This document shows, in pieces, positions 13,072 through 26,292 of a stretch of 64,000 nucleotides of DNA (positions are counted from its first letter, which is position 1; the number at the start of each line of letters is the position of its first letter). The stretch spans positions 124,001 to 188,000 of the forward strand of contig NIVC01001046.1 of assembly GCA_002269645.1 (NCBI GenBank), read 5' to 3'. Below the pieces are notes generated by a model that saw only the letters and a program-made list of their open reading frames with translations, had not been told where the DNA came from and made no database searches. A program made the translations under genes and the position numbers. Source of the DNA: Macrostomum lignano (taxonomy: Eukaryota).

Positions 13072-16000
13072 GTAGAAATTAGTTAATCCGCAGATTAACT
13101 AACCCGCTGCCACCAGCCCGTGCGTCCTGGCTCACCAAACCGGGACTTTCGAAATCGGGCTTCCGACTAGAAGGGGCTTAGCACTTACCTGCCAACTAGT
13201 GTCTTTTTGCTGTCAATCTCGAAGTCATAGCCGATGATAAGGGGCACTGCTGGGACTCGATCGCATTGGCCATGCAGGTATAGAGGGGACTTATGCAGGG
13301 GATTCTTGCAGTGGCGAGACTATGGGGTAGCTACATGTACTATTACGCTCGTACATTGATAAATACGAGGAATTGTACTTTTGGCCTTCAACGCGCCAAC
13401 TAGCCTCTCGTAGCGCTGATGATTGGCTAACTCGAACATCGGAGACCGCATGATTCATCACCCGAGCCGCTTGGCTAACCTAGAGTGCACAGAGTACATC
13501 TCTAGCGCCGATTTTTGTACTATTGGCAATTTTGCTCACTGATTTGATATAGATTGATCGACTGAGAACCGCCTTGCCATTGGTCCACTGTGACCGGCGC
13601 CTACTAGCTTAGCTACTCATCTGAGCCATCGGCGAACAAAGAAATAAAAGGTCAGCCTTTTAAAAAACCGATAAAAATAACTGTCAGATTTAAACTTCTC
13701 ACTGATTCACTTCACACCTCAGATTGAATTGGAGTTTCAGACTACTAACAGTATTATTAAGTGATTTCTGCCTCAATAACAGCACTGTTGAACAAAATGA
13801 GCAAAAGTGTGCGCCTAATCCAGCTACTGAAATAGGGGACAGATAAGGGATCACCCCTAGGTAGCCTCTCACCCAACCAATCAGAAACTCAACAGCCGGA
13901 GACCAAGTAATCCACAGTGACCGAATCGGCTTAGTGCTTCGCAGCTGTAGACCCGGGATGATGCTGATGTCACAATCTTCGCAGCTAGCAGGTGATGATC
14001 TTTACTTTGATGTTCGCTGCTGACGACCGGGGGAATTCGTCCTTGATGATGACGGGGGGAGTCGCGATCCGGGGATCAAGAGACGACGGTCGAGCTCCGG
14101 GAACCAGAAGTGGAACCGGGTGGAGCGCAAGGGTCCAGAGATTGTCCCGAGAGGGCAACGGTTGGAGTCCAAGCGGGCCAAAAACACCGGTTTAAATAGC
14201 CGCCAACTGGACCGCAATTTGATATAATGGAACACCTTGCTTCTGATTGGCTGAGCCGATTTGTTATAACGCACGTCGAATTTTCTGATTGGCTGAGCTT
14301 GTTGCCACCCAAACTCACGTGACCAAGAGTCGAGATACTATCAGTTCCCTCGGGGCCATAAAAATACGACAGGTGCGGTCATAGATCACTGAAAATCGCT
14401 ACATAATGATTTATGACCTTTCGCGTAGGAATGACAAAAATTAATGAAAAATCTATACATTAGAAAGCTCTTATTAAGTAGAAAGTGAAGATAATGAAGC
14501 GAAATCGCTAATCGCTAATCCCAAGGTACGTTTTAGGGGTAAAACACAGCTGTCAAAGCTGTCACACGCCTGAGTGAACACGAACAATAGGCCCTGACCT
14601 CATAAATCTTGATGGCCTGTCAAAATCATGAGAAAAAAGCCACCACCCGCATCCTCTCAGACCATCTGGCTCCAGTGTCAGCACTGAGTGAGGCGCAGGT
14701 GGCTGTCAGACCAGCTCCAAAAGCGATGATTTATGACCCCAAAGCCGCGCCTATGTTATTATAACTACTAGTATGGCCAAATCATATAATTAGTATGAAT
14801 TCTATGAAAATTTACATAAAAAGGAGAAAAATGCCCATAGCCTGCTGTTAGTAGGCTAGCAAGTTTAGAGCCCATGTGCTAGCGTGGAATTTGGGAAAAA
14901 GTGCGTCCTCATCAATAGCTTTAATCCTATTGTCGTGACGGTTGTCCGCCAATAGAGTTTCCGGCTTTAGGCTCACACATGAAACCCTGCCTCCGGACGA
15001 AGGAGCAACATAGGAGCCGGAGTCGCATGTGAGAGCATCACGACCTGAAATATGATAATAAACAGCAAATATAAATGTGCAGTTCAACTTAACTTTTATA
15101 AATGGCGCACCTTTAGTGCAAAACTTAAAAATTCAAACTATGATAATCATTTCTTTATATTTGCTAGGAAGTGACATTGTTAATTAAGTTTGAAAAAATC
15201 TGGAAAATGTCCTTTTCGTAGAAAGTGATAAACTTCCATACCTATTAGTTCGATTAGCAGCTCCCTAGTAACAAGCTTGGTGGCTGCCGTAGCATCGAGC
15301 GCAGCAGCAATAGCATGAATGACGATGTCGAGTCGCCGTTTGTTCATTGTTACGGCCGGGAGCTCCTCAACCAGATTACATGTACACGCCGCCTCATCGC
15401 CGTCCTGTCCAGTCGCGATGTCATTTTGCTCCTCCATCAACCTGTCCTGTGGTTCAGCCTCAGGCGTGTTTTCTTGTGTAGCCTGTCCAACCGTCCTACC
15501 ACCGTGACCTCTGGGCGCTGCACAATTCGATCAACTTATCGAGCTTTTTGCACTGCTCCAGTCGCACGTTGCTGATTGTCGGTGCCCCTAAAAAGTTAGG
15601 GAAATTCATAAAACAAAACATAACACAAATACTGTACAGCTAATACCACATTTTCTAATCTATAGTTTGCAAGCTAGCCGCCTACTGTAACAAATAAGTG
15701 CCAGGCGCTGTCCAGCATATGATCATTCTCACCGTCTCTATTCCCATGTGGGAGGCAGTTCCTGATCAGCGCAAAGTTAAGCAAAGCAGGGCCCATCAGA
15801 GTCCCAGGTTGTAAACTGCTCGAGGAGCGTCCAGCTACAGCTACATGTACTTTCCTCCCGTAGCATAGACGTAGAGGAGCCTCTTCTTTGCTCGCTGCAG
15901 TAATGACGCACAAGTCCTGTTCATTGACGGCTTGCATCGCATTCTGAGCGAAGCGGACTACAAACCATTTTTTTAATTGGTGCTCCATGTGCAACCTGAA

Positions 16001-19000
16001 ATAACTGCAAGGACAGTGAAAGTAAAATTAGTCATATTTTTCGATGGTAATGCAGTTTTTGTGAAGCATATTTTTTATTAACTTTTGTGTTTCTTCTACC
16101 AACTTTGGCAGTTTTACAACTTTACAGTTAGTATTTTTTTACACTTTCTACTTATTCCAGACAAATATACCTATATTATTCAAGAAAATTATGCTCGCTT
16201 TTGTCGGCTTCTACATGCCCAACAGCTTATACATTGCTTTTTATCCGACGTGATAGAGCTAGAAGTCACTAATCACAATTAGAAATTTTTTTATGAAAAA
16301 AACAATGACAAAATACTACTGATGAGAACAATCAAATGATAGGAGCTCAAAGTGCAAATGCAAGTGCATGCAAACAGGTTATTTGTGTGATTTAATGATT
16401 TAAAGTTATTTATATAAAGTTGTACAGTTGTATTGATTTATAATGATTCAATACTGAATTCTAAATGCCTTAAAAGGAATTTTCATTGATAAAAGCAGGA
16501 TTTGGAGTGACTATAAAACTGTGATACATTTTAGTTTTTTATTTCAAATATGTGCAAAATATCACTTTAAAATGAAGCTACATAAAAGCTGAGATAGTTC
16601 CAAAAACTACACGTTTTGGCTGCTAAAATTGAGGATAGATGAACAAAAAGTATAATGCTTCTTTATAGAAATTTCTAACTAGTATTTTTTATTCGAACAA
16701 TGCTATTAGTATTTTGCTAAAAATAAATATTAGTATAACTATCAAACACAATTCGTGTTCAATGTGTCTTTTACTATGAAAGTTTCAAGACAGAATTTCA
16801 AAGATATAATATTATTTAAAAAGATCTACTCTTTATACATAGCAGCAAAACACACAAACCAATGACTAAACAGTAACTAGTAGTATAGTTGCACACCTAT
16901 CGCTTAATTTTTTATTATTTTGGTTATTCATACCCTTTAAAATAGTAGAAATGAACAATAGAAAGCTAATTTCGAGATTGAGGCAAAAACTGAGAATGCG
17001 CACTTCCATGTTGCTAGCCGCGTCTCAGCCGCGTCAAAATTTTAAACTCATGCCCCAGATGCGGCTGTAGTAAAATCTTATAGATTATGGTCTGAAAGTT
17101 ATGCTTCAAAAGATTGCATGCGATAATGCGATAGTTCATATACAAGTGAATGCGTGCGCTTGTGAAATAAAAAAATGTGTCTGAGTGCGCGATAACATTC
17201 AAATCTATTACTTTTCATGCTGTGTTTCATTTATGTGTGTAATGAAGCTCAACCTAATATTGTAAATACAACTTTATTTACAGTTAACTTAGTTTATCAG
17301 TCATTTTTTAAAACTTTTTTGACCATTTTTTGTTAAAGTGCAATGAATTCAAACGGACTAGATTAACTTGGACGCGATCTTAACTCTCATTCCTAGATAA
17401 ACCTTGAATATTCACAGTTTAACCAGCAATTGCATCAAGGCCATACGGTATCTGTTTCTTTTTTACTATTCCCTACTTAAAATATCGTCGTTATGTTGTT
17501 AGTCGTTAGTCTTTCGAAAAAACCGTTAAAAAAATAAATTCCAGACGATCTTTCAAATACCTTATTTATACAAATATCGTAACCCGTATGAATTCATCGA
17601 TCATGTAAAAATAATCGACCTTTTGAGAAAATATAAAATACATAGAATCATATTGGCAAAACAGGCTCTCCTTGTCTGAGCCAAATTACTACTACTACTA
17701 GGTCTACTACATTCCTTGAATATTCACATTTTAACTAGGAATTTAACTAGGAATCGGCTTCAATTTAAGCGGGAGGGCTGCTGCTGCTGACTTCTAGTCG
17801 CAATAATTGCTGCGAATTAAACTGAACACTATTTATCATGAAAAAAAATCACATGATCAATAATTATAATAATTTCAAGTAAATAAGTCTATAAGATTGT
17901 ATATGGCTTGTAGTTGTAGAAAGTTATAGGAAGGATTTTCAAGCCTATGCTATGCAGTTTACATTAAGGCAGATGTTAGGGCCTATTTGTCCAGGTGACC
18001 GGACGAATAGCATTTTTACTATTTGTCTGGTTAAATTGCTAACTGTTTAAATTGCTATTTGTTTTGTGATGAATATTCTAGATTTTTAAGACCTTTTCGT
18101 TGGCTTTTCACATACACTGATTAATATTTTATTGCAGTATGTATAAGAAAGCAAGTGTAATTATCGTAAAGCCATAGGCCTAGTAGTAAAGACACAGTAT
18201 TATTTGTTATAATAATATATGTTAATTTGCCTTCTTTATTTCTTGATATTCCTCATTTGTTTGCAAAAGATTAATTGCTATAGGCCTAGGAAATGTTACT
18301 GGGCAATTCCATGAGTGTGACGGTCGTAGCTTGATGACTTGAGTTTTTTGTCTCAAAAGAACAATTCTGTAATGCAGTCTAGGGAAAACAAACATTTCTG
18401 CACACAGAAATTTATTTTAAACAAATGGGACACGATTTAATAGGCATGACAGTCGTAGCCACAGAATTGAGCACAGGTGCAGTTGGAAAAAAAAATTTTA
18501 AATCCTAAGAATTACAACTGCTTAGGTATCTAAATTGGTCTGTTTCTAATAAAAAACACTAGCACCTTGAAAAAAAGAGACAAAGCTAGGCATAGTACTC
18601 TTTTTATTAATTTTTATGATTATTTTTTGTTGTGACGGTTGTAGCGTGACGGTCGTAGCCTTCAATTTACCCACTCTAACCAACTCGGAAAAATTGAAAA
18701 CTGCATGTAACACAAACAAAAAAAGATTACTAAAGGTCATAATTCAAATTGTACACCAATGTTACATATTTCAACAATAATTATAAGTGACTAAAATCAT
18801 TATTATGGGGGTCATCGTTGGAGCTTCCGATGGAAGGCTGCTGGACAATGACCCCAGTTGGCTATCCCATCAAGCAACCCTTGGCATCCATCTGGTAAAT
18901 GGCGCTAATCCAACATTAAAACATGTGTGCAATTTAATTATAAAATGAGTTAGAAAATGCATTTGAATTAGAAAATGGTAAATTGGCTACTAGGAAAGTA

Positions 19001-21644
19001 ACTGCTATGAGCAACTAGGGGAACAGCAAAATGCTGACAGCAAAATGAACAGTAGTTGGGGTGAACAATCATTAGCCCAGGTGAACAAAGTCAAGGGCAT
19101 TTAGTCACGCATAGTCAGAGGTAGATATATACCAATAGTGAACAGTTATTTAATCAGACAGCTGCAGACATATAGCTACCTAGTCGGGATACAAATTATA
19201 GTCAAACTCAAAATGGGATGGGGAACTCAAAGTGCCCACTTCAGGGGCTGAAGATGCTGCACGATGTCTAATAGTGCATAATAAATGCAGTCCTGCTTCT
19301 TTGGCTAGCAGTAAGTGTTTGGCCCGCACTCAGCTGCATGTCTTATGCGATAGTCCTTGCTACGCTGTGAGGAAGGCTTCATTGTGAATTGCTGCAAAAC
19401 TGAATATATGGTACATTGAAAGTTTAATAATACCTTTAACTTGATTTCAATTCGTAAAAGAAGATGATATGAAAGTATACCAGCTAGTATACTATAGAGT
19501 GTCATTAGATACAAAATTCCTGTGACGGTCGTAGCTAACTTTGCAGACTTTTTTCTACTAGCCCTTAAGACTTATGTGAACCAAATTTTACCAAATAAAA
19601 GTACATATGAAAGACTAATTTTTTGTGCATTTTTACAATAGTAGGTCTTACAGGAAAGCCAAGAAAAAACTTTTTTTTGAAGTCCAATATTCATTGTCCT
19701 ATGAACTTTACATTAAAAAGAAAGATTGAAATAAGCTGCAAAAGACACACTTAACGTATAGAAAAAAAAGTATGGCTCAATGAAATACCAAACAGCCAGG
19801 GAATGAAATTATATTTGTTATAAGAAAAGCATTATATTTAGGTCCGGGTGAAGGGTATACACATTGGGAGCAAAAAATCAAATGAAAAAAGGCAGCAGAT
19901 TAAAAAAAAATAAAAAGGACAAAAATATATATGTTTAACTATATTATAAACATAAAGTTGTCAATATTCAACAATTTTTTAATTTTTGTCCTAGTGGTGA
20001 CCCATTCGTGGAATTGCCCTACTATTGTCCCTAGTAGTCTTAAACTTATAGTAACTATGAGTATATCTATTTGTTCTATAATGACCACTAATATATTGCA
20101 AATAGATATAAGTAGGTACATTAAAGATATAGCAAATTTGATTTTTTGTTTTAATAATTCTTCTAGAAATAATCCTGTTAGTTGAAAGTTGATAAAGCTC
20201 ATAGTCATATACAAGAAAAGATATAAAGCTTAAAACTAAAAGATATGCCTTTCAATTACCATTGGAACATCTAATTTTAAGGCTAATAATAATAGTACAA
20301 ATTTGTATAATGATTGGTCAAAGATGAAGCCATGAACTTTAATACAATAAAAGCTAATTGGTATAAAAGTTGAAGCCAAGGAAGGTGGACCTAATATTAT
20401 AATTAAGAAATTGCTCTAAAAATAATTTTGTATTCTATACTATATATTGAGGTTTTCTTTAATGCTTTAATATATAAAATTCCCATTTTCAAGATTTAGG
20501 GATTCAATATTTAATATTATATAAACTTGTAGTAAAATATAAATAGGTTTTCAATGCCATTATTATATAGAATATCTAGCAAAAATTTCATGTCACAGCT
20601 ATAGATATTAAAGGTGATCATAAACAATAAAAGCTTTGCTCCAAAGGTGAGCTGACTTTAAGCCTGTTCAGGTATTGCTTTATTTCTTGATCCTGATAAT
20701 ATACAATTAGCTAATGCAAAGAATTTATCAAAGCTACATCTAGCATTGGCACCACTATTCCAAAATATCCATTTTATCACTTGATTACACTTTATTAGCC
20801 TGATTAATACTGTTAGCAGCAACATTATTTGGCCTGTTTTCTTAGCCATCTACCAAGGATAAAAGGCTATATTTGTCTTTTTCTCTTATTGACCTTATAT
20901 CTTTAAAATTATTAGAAAAAAACAACAATAATAAAATTTCTTATATATTAAATATATATTAGACTATTTCTTTTAGATACTAAACATCAGAGTTTAAAAG
21001 CAATTCATAAGTTAAATATGCAACTAAATCATTATATTAGGCCAAGCAAAAAATAAAAAGGAACCTAATGGTTCAAAATAAGCAAAAGCAATTTGAAAAG
21101 GCTTTATTTGGCTGGCCCATTGAAGCTAGCCAAGCTTTCCCATTGTGATATTATATATAACACAGAAGAAGCACTAATTATTGTACAAATTGTAGCTATG
21201 AAAAGGATATATAAATCAAGATTGAAATTTTAAAAGTAAAAATAAAAACTTTGTCTATGTCTATGTTTAAAATTGTTCACTATAGACTCCAAAACCAAAA
21301 ATGCCAAAATTTACAATGCACTTCACTAGGCTTAAAATTTCTTAAATTCAAAACTTATCTAAAACTGCAAAACCAAAAGGCATATTTTTCACTAAATCCT
21401 CCATAGTGTTGCTCTATATTTACCAATCCTCTTCAAATTTGACATAAAAAATATTTGGGCTGCTATAAGTCTGCTATATGTTATGCAATTAACTTTAAAC
21501 TTGATATAGTTCTTCCCATAGACTGGCTTTCTAAGCACTTGAGCTGTGCTAAAGGATCTGCCCAAACAATCAGCTTGATAGGTGGTATTACCCTGCTACA
21601 CTCTGGAGACTTTAGGCTTTAGCGCATGGCTGTAGGCCAGAGAA

Positions 21645-22125
21645 GAGAGAAAATGAAAGGGAATAATAGATGGGGAGAGAAGTGAGAAGAGAAAAAAGGA
21701 GATAAAAATGACATGAGAAAGAACATAAGAAGAGACAAGGAGAGACAGGTGAGAGTAGAGAACAGAAAAGAAAGAATAGAGGAAGGAGAAGAGATGAGAA
21801 AGCTAAAGGGTTAAGAGTAAAGAGGAGAGAGAAAAGGAGAGAATAGATAAAGAGTACAGATAAGATGAGAGAAAATAGATGAGAGTAAGAGAGTAGAAAA
21901 GAGATGAAAGGGTAAAAAAGAGAGAGTAGAGAGGAAAGAGTAGAGAGAAGATAGGAGAAATGAGAGGAGAGAGAAGAGACAATAGATAGGAGAGATAGAG
22001 AGGAAGAGTGAGGAGAAAGTAGAGATGAGAGAAGGGAGAGTAGAGAATAGTGAGTAAAGAGAATAGAGAGTAGATAAGAGAGGAGAGAAGGATAAAGATA
22101 GTAAAGTGAAGAAAGGAGAGAAGTT
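21645..22125. repeat. GA-rich polypurine low-complexity tract
   Basis: Almost exclusively A/G on the + strand. Confidence 0.9.
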
Positions 22126-22602
22126 GCAAATGCCTTAAATCTTAATTTAGCATGGTTACATGAATTTACTCCATTTTTCTTCACCTTTATCCTAACTACA
22201 TGCATTAATAAGTTTTTGTTTAAGTATGAATTTAGATTTAAAAAATGTATGCAAAAAGTTCTAGGGTTTAGAAATTAGAAGTTAGGGGATTCAAAATCTG
22301 CAGGTTTCAACAGTTTGTAATGTCATAATTTTTTTATTTAACAAAAACTTTTGTAAAGTTATTTTTACTGAATTAGACTTCTAAGATGATTTGCTAGTGG
22401 CTTCACAAAAATATTTTGTTTTCAATAATAAAAACTGCAACCCAAAAAGTAGGATCATGCTTTTATTTCCATAGATTTTCAAAGATGTAGGTATATTTTA
22501 AGATTAATATATATATATGTCTATATATAATATCAAACCATTGTGACATTTCTATTTTTGAAAAAAGTAAAATCTTTTTGAAAAAAAATGCATGAAAAAG
22601 AA

Positions 22603-24465
22603 ATGGGCAAAGCTGGAGTAGCTTTTTCTGCATTAATTGATATTGGTCGAATTGGCCTATCAGTCTATAGCCTATATGTGAAAAGTATGCTTGGTAGCTC
22701 TCCAGGCTATAAGGCTCATTGTGATATCTCAAGTTATATCACTTGCTCTAAGACCTTCAATTCTAGGTAAGTTCTTTCAGTGTATTAATGATTGAAAAGA
22801 TATTTTTTCACGAAAATAGTGCCTTCAAATAATAAAATATTGTTCTATTTTGCAGCTATGGCACCGGATTTGGCCTTATTGGCCCGCTTCTTGGTGAGGA
22901 TCATATCTTGAATCAAGACAATGGTGTCTATGGCATCATCTTCTTTCTTATGCACTTCTTACTAGGTAAGTTCAATTAAAACATTAAAGTGTTTCTCAAT
23001 TATCATCAATTGGAATAGATATAAAATAGACTACTTGATTATTTACTTGATATTAACTTTCCAGTTAGCCTTAATAACAGACTGCCCAACCTACCTGACT
23101 ACACTAGACTACCCCAACCTACCTGACTACACTAGACTACCCCAACCTACCTGACTACACTAGACTACCCCAACCTACCTGACTACACTAGACTACCCCA
23201 ACCTACCTGACTACACTAGACTACCCCAACCTACCTGACTACACTAGACTACCCCAACCTACCTGACTACACTAGACTACCCCAACCTACCTGACTACAC
23301 TAGACTACCCCAACCTACCTGACTACACTAGACTACCCCAACCTACCTGACTACACTAGACTACCCCAACCTACCTGACTACACTAGACTACCCCAACCT
23401 ACCTGACTACACTAGACTACCCCAACCTACCTGACTACACTAGACTACCCCAACCTACCTGACTACACTAGACTACCCCAACCTACCTGACTACACTAGA
23501 CTACCCCAACCTACCTGACTACACTAGACTACCCCAACCTACCTGACTACACTAGACTACCCCAACCTACCTGACTACACTAGACTACCCCAACCTACCT
23601 GACTACACTAGACTACCCCAACCTACCTGACTACACTAGACTACCCCAACCTACCTGACTACACTAGACTACCCCAACCTACCTGACTACACTAGACTAC
23701 CCCAACCTACCTGACTACACTAGACTACCCCAACCTACCTGACTACACTAGACTACCCCAACCTACCTGACTACACTAGACTACCCCAACCTACAAAAGG
23801 CTACCCCAACCTACAGCAGGCTACCCCAACCTACAACAGGCTACCCCAACCTACAACAGGCTACCCCAACCTACAACAGGCTACCCCAACATACAACAGG
23901 CTACCCCAACCTACAACAGGCTACCCCAACCTATAACAGTCTACCCCAACCTACAACAGGCTACCCCAACCTACAACAGGCTACCCCAACCTACAACAGT
24001 CTACCCCAACCTACAACAGGCTACCCCAACCTACAACAGGCTACCCCAACCTACAACAGGCTACCCCAACCTACAACAGGCTACCCCAACCTACAACAGG
24101 CTACCCCAACCTACCTGCCTACCTGCCTACAGCAGGCCCCCAACCTACCTGCCTACCTACAGCAGGCCCCCAACCTACCCGCCCTCTGATTGGCTAATCC
24201 AGTTCCCAATTCACAATCTGCAGTATGCTTCGCCGCCAGCAAGCTGGGCTTCTGTCTGCGCCTACTAAACTCTTTGGCCCTAGCGGCTGGCAGCCTCTGG
24301 CTGGCCTATATCCTGTTCTATGTGCTGAAACACGCCTGCATAGTGTGTATAGCTATCTATGGCCTGAATCTGCTGGCTCTGCTGCTCGATATTTGCCAGC
24401 TGCGATGCCATTCCGCTAAGCAGAAGCAGCGTGTAGCTAAAGCTGAAAAGAAAAAGAAAAAATAG
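22603..24465 (+). CDS. VKORC1: Vitamin K epoxide reductase (VKOR family), ~171 aa
   Basis: Exons 22603-22766, 22856-22965 and 24224-24465, all GT-AG and in frame. Motifs: AHCDISSYITCSKTFNS, YGTGFGL...ILNQ, active-site CIVC, C-terminal KKKKK. Confidence 0.93.
23085..24180. repeat. Compound intronic minisatellite: 28-bp (CCCCAACCTACCTGACTACACTAGACTA)n then 20-bp (CTACCCCAACCTACAACAGG)n
   Basis: Seen directly inside VKORC1 intron 2. Unit switch at ~23793. Confidence 0.97.
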
Positions 24466-25573
24466 ACAAAAGTATTAATATTACTTGTCTAGGAATATTT
24501 ACTATGGACAATAATAAACTGTTTCAATCTTCTCCCAGTCATTTTGTCTATTCCTACTGACCGCAATTCTACTTGCTAGTTGATAGATTGCTATTGGCGT
24601 CGGTTTTGTCTGCGTTATTTTTGGTGGTGTTTTGACAAATTTGAAATAACAAATCAAAAAAGATTGTCTCCTTTTGGTCTGTTTTCATTCTGCTTTTGCT
24701 GGTGGCCGGCAGTATGCGTCCTTTTGCAGTTAACGAAGTTTGGTATATTTTGAATTGGTCCTACACTACCTGTGCCCAGAGATATTAATCGTGCTTTGTT
24801 TTTCATCGAGGCTCCTTTATTGATTTTTGTTCGGCTGTTTTCAATTGCATGCTCTGTCAGTTATTTGCCAAATGCCAATCATGACGTCATGCCATAGCGT
24901 TTCTCTCTCTCTCTCGGTCTAAGTCCTTTGTTTAATAGCAATTTTTTCTGACAGTTTGATTAAATAAAAGCATAACAATTTCATTGTGCGAGTGAGCTTC
25001 TAGAGAATGAAATCAGTTTGTTTGAGTTGGTATTGGCTGGTATATTGAGCTTCGCAAGTTTCTTCTTCTGCAATTTATTTAAAAAAATTAAAGTAGGCAT
25101 TGAAACCTTCATTGCATTTTAGACAATGTAAAACTTTGTCGATTCCATATTTTCAAGATAAAGGCACTGTAAGTAGAAATTGCTAATACTATTAATACAA
25201 CACTGCAAGCACATTACATTTCGTAGCTTTAAGCTTCATATGGTATTCAAGTACCACGATTGTATAACAGGACGGAAGACTCAAATATCGTGTGATTTTT
25301 TGAAGGCCGATTTCCTGGGAAAAATACTGCAGAGATACTCAGGAAAAACGTTTTTTTTCATCACAAAATCAACGATTTCATTTGATCTGGAGCAGTGAAG
25401 CTTATCATTTTTTAATGTTGTATGCACATGTTACTGTGTTGCAATTTATATAGTTTTGCTGTGAAAGTTCCATTTCCTATTGATTTTGTCGTTATTTCAC
25501 AAGCCCAAGTTAAAGTTGCAAAAATTCAGAAATGATTTTTTGTTCTTTGGCATAATAATGATGCCTTTCTACA

Positions 25574-25865
25574 GGGGGGTTGTAGCCTAGCGGTTAGAGC
25601 GTCGGGCTCACGACTTGAAGGTCGGGGGTTCGATTGCCGATCCCATCGGATCAATTTGTATCCTTGAGAAGGACACTTAACTCTGCATTGCTTCAGTTCA
25701 CCCAGCTGTAAAATGGGTGCCAGCATTAGCTGGGGTAATTGAGGGTGTGTGTGGCGACCCCCCAGTCCTTGGACTGAACAGCCGTACGCAGCCTTCAGAT
25801 GCGCCGCGCAATAGCTGCGGCTGAGCTGTCGGTTGCACATCTGGCCCAATTGGGGCAGGTGTAAT
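25574..25865 (+). mobile_element. tRNA-derived SINE (family A, copy 1)
   Basis: Head GGTTGTAGCCTAGCGGTTAGAGCG (A box) ... GGTTCGATT (B box), then a non-tRNA body. A near-identical inverted copy is at 55.8-56.1 kb. Confidence 0.85.
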
Positions 25866-26292
25866 CAATTATTATCATATCGTTATATAAATACAATATG
25901 AAAAAATTATCCTAGTAAACATAGTTTACTTTTAATTATTTAGACAGGGCTTACGAATGGCTACTAATTTGTATGCATTAAAATGGAACTTTCACTACAC
26001 AACTATGTAAAATACAGCAGAGTAACATGCTGTGCAATGTGCATGCCAAATTAAAGAAATGGAAATATTCACTGCCCCAGATCAGATGCAATCGTTGGTT
26101 TTGTGATGAAAAAAGATTTTTTCCTATTTCTGCAGTGTATTTTTTACAGGAATTGGCCTCCAAAAAACTACACGATGTTTTAGTTTTCCATTCCGTCATG
26201 CTACAGTGGTCCTTGATGTTATTCATGGACTACTTTTCTTTGAAATGAGTTGAAGGCCTTAGAAGGAACCGAAGTCCCTAATTTTCTTTAAG

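Larger units (their letters stand above)
10878..14914 (-). mobile_element. Outer solo LTR (~2.0 kb without the insert), split into 10878-11074 and 13076-14914
   Basis: Termini TGATG...CATCA. 4-bp TSD ATAG at 10874-10877 and 14915-14918. It is the reverse complement of the inner copy. Confidence 0.85.
10693..15995 (-). pseudogene. BEN-domain protein gene disrupted by the nested LTR insertion
   Basis: Phase-compatible exons 15995-15686, 15587-15242 (one in-frame TGA at 15533-15531), 15044-14915 and 10873-10693. Removing the LTR and one ATAG restores ...TKLVTRELLIELIGRDALTCDS...RHDNRIKAIVLFVHQKWSIDCSAALIRVRETIRNWRK..., a BEN-like pattern. Confidence 0.7.

Noticed and set aside
11075-14914. Assembly fold-back artefact or Polinton/DIRS terminal repeats
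   Set aside because: The arms are diverged and both units have their own TG...CA ends and 4-bp TSDs, so nested solo LTRs explain everything.
25574-25650. tRNA gene
   Set aside because: No acceptor-stem closure or T-run terminator. It continues into a shared SINE body present twice.
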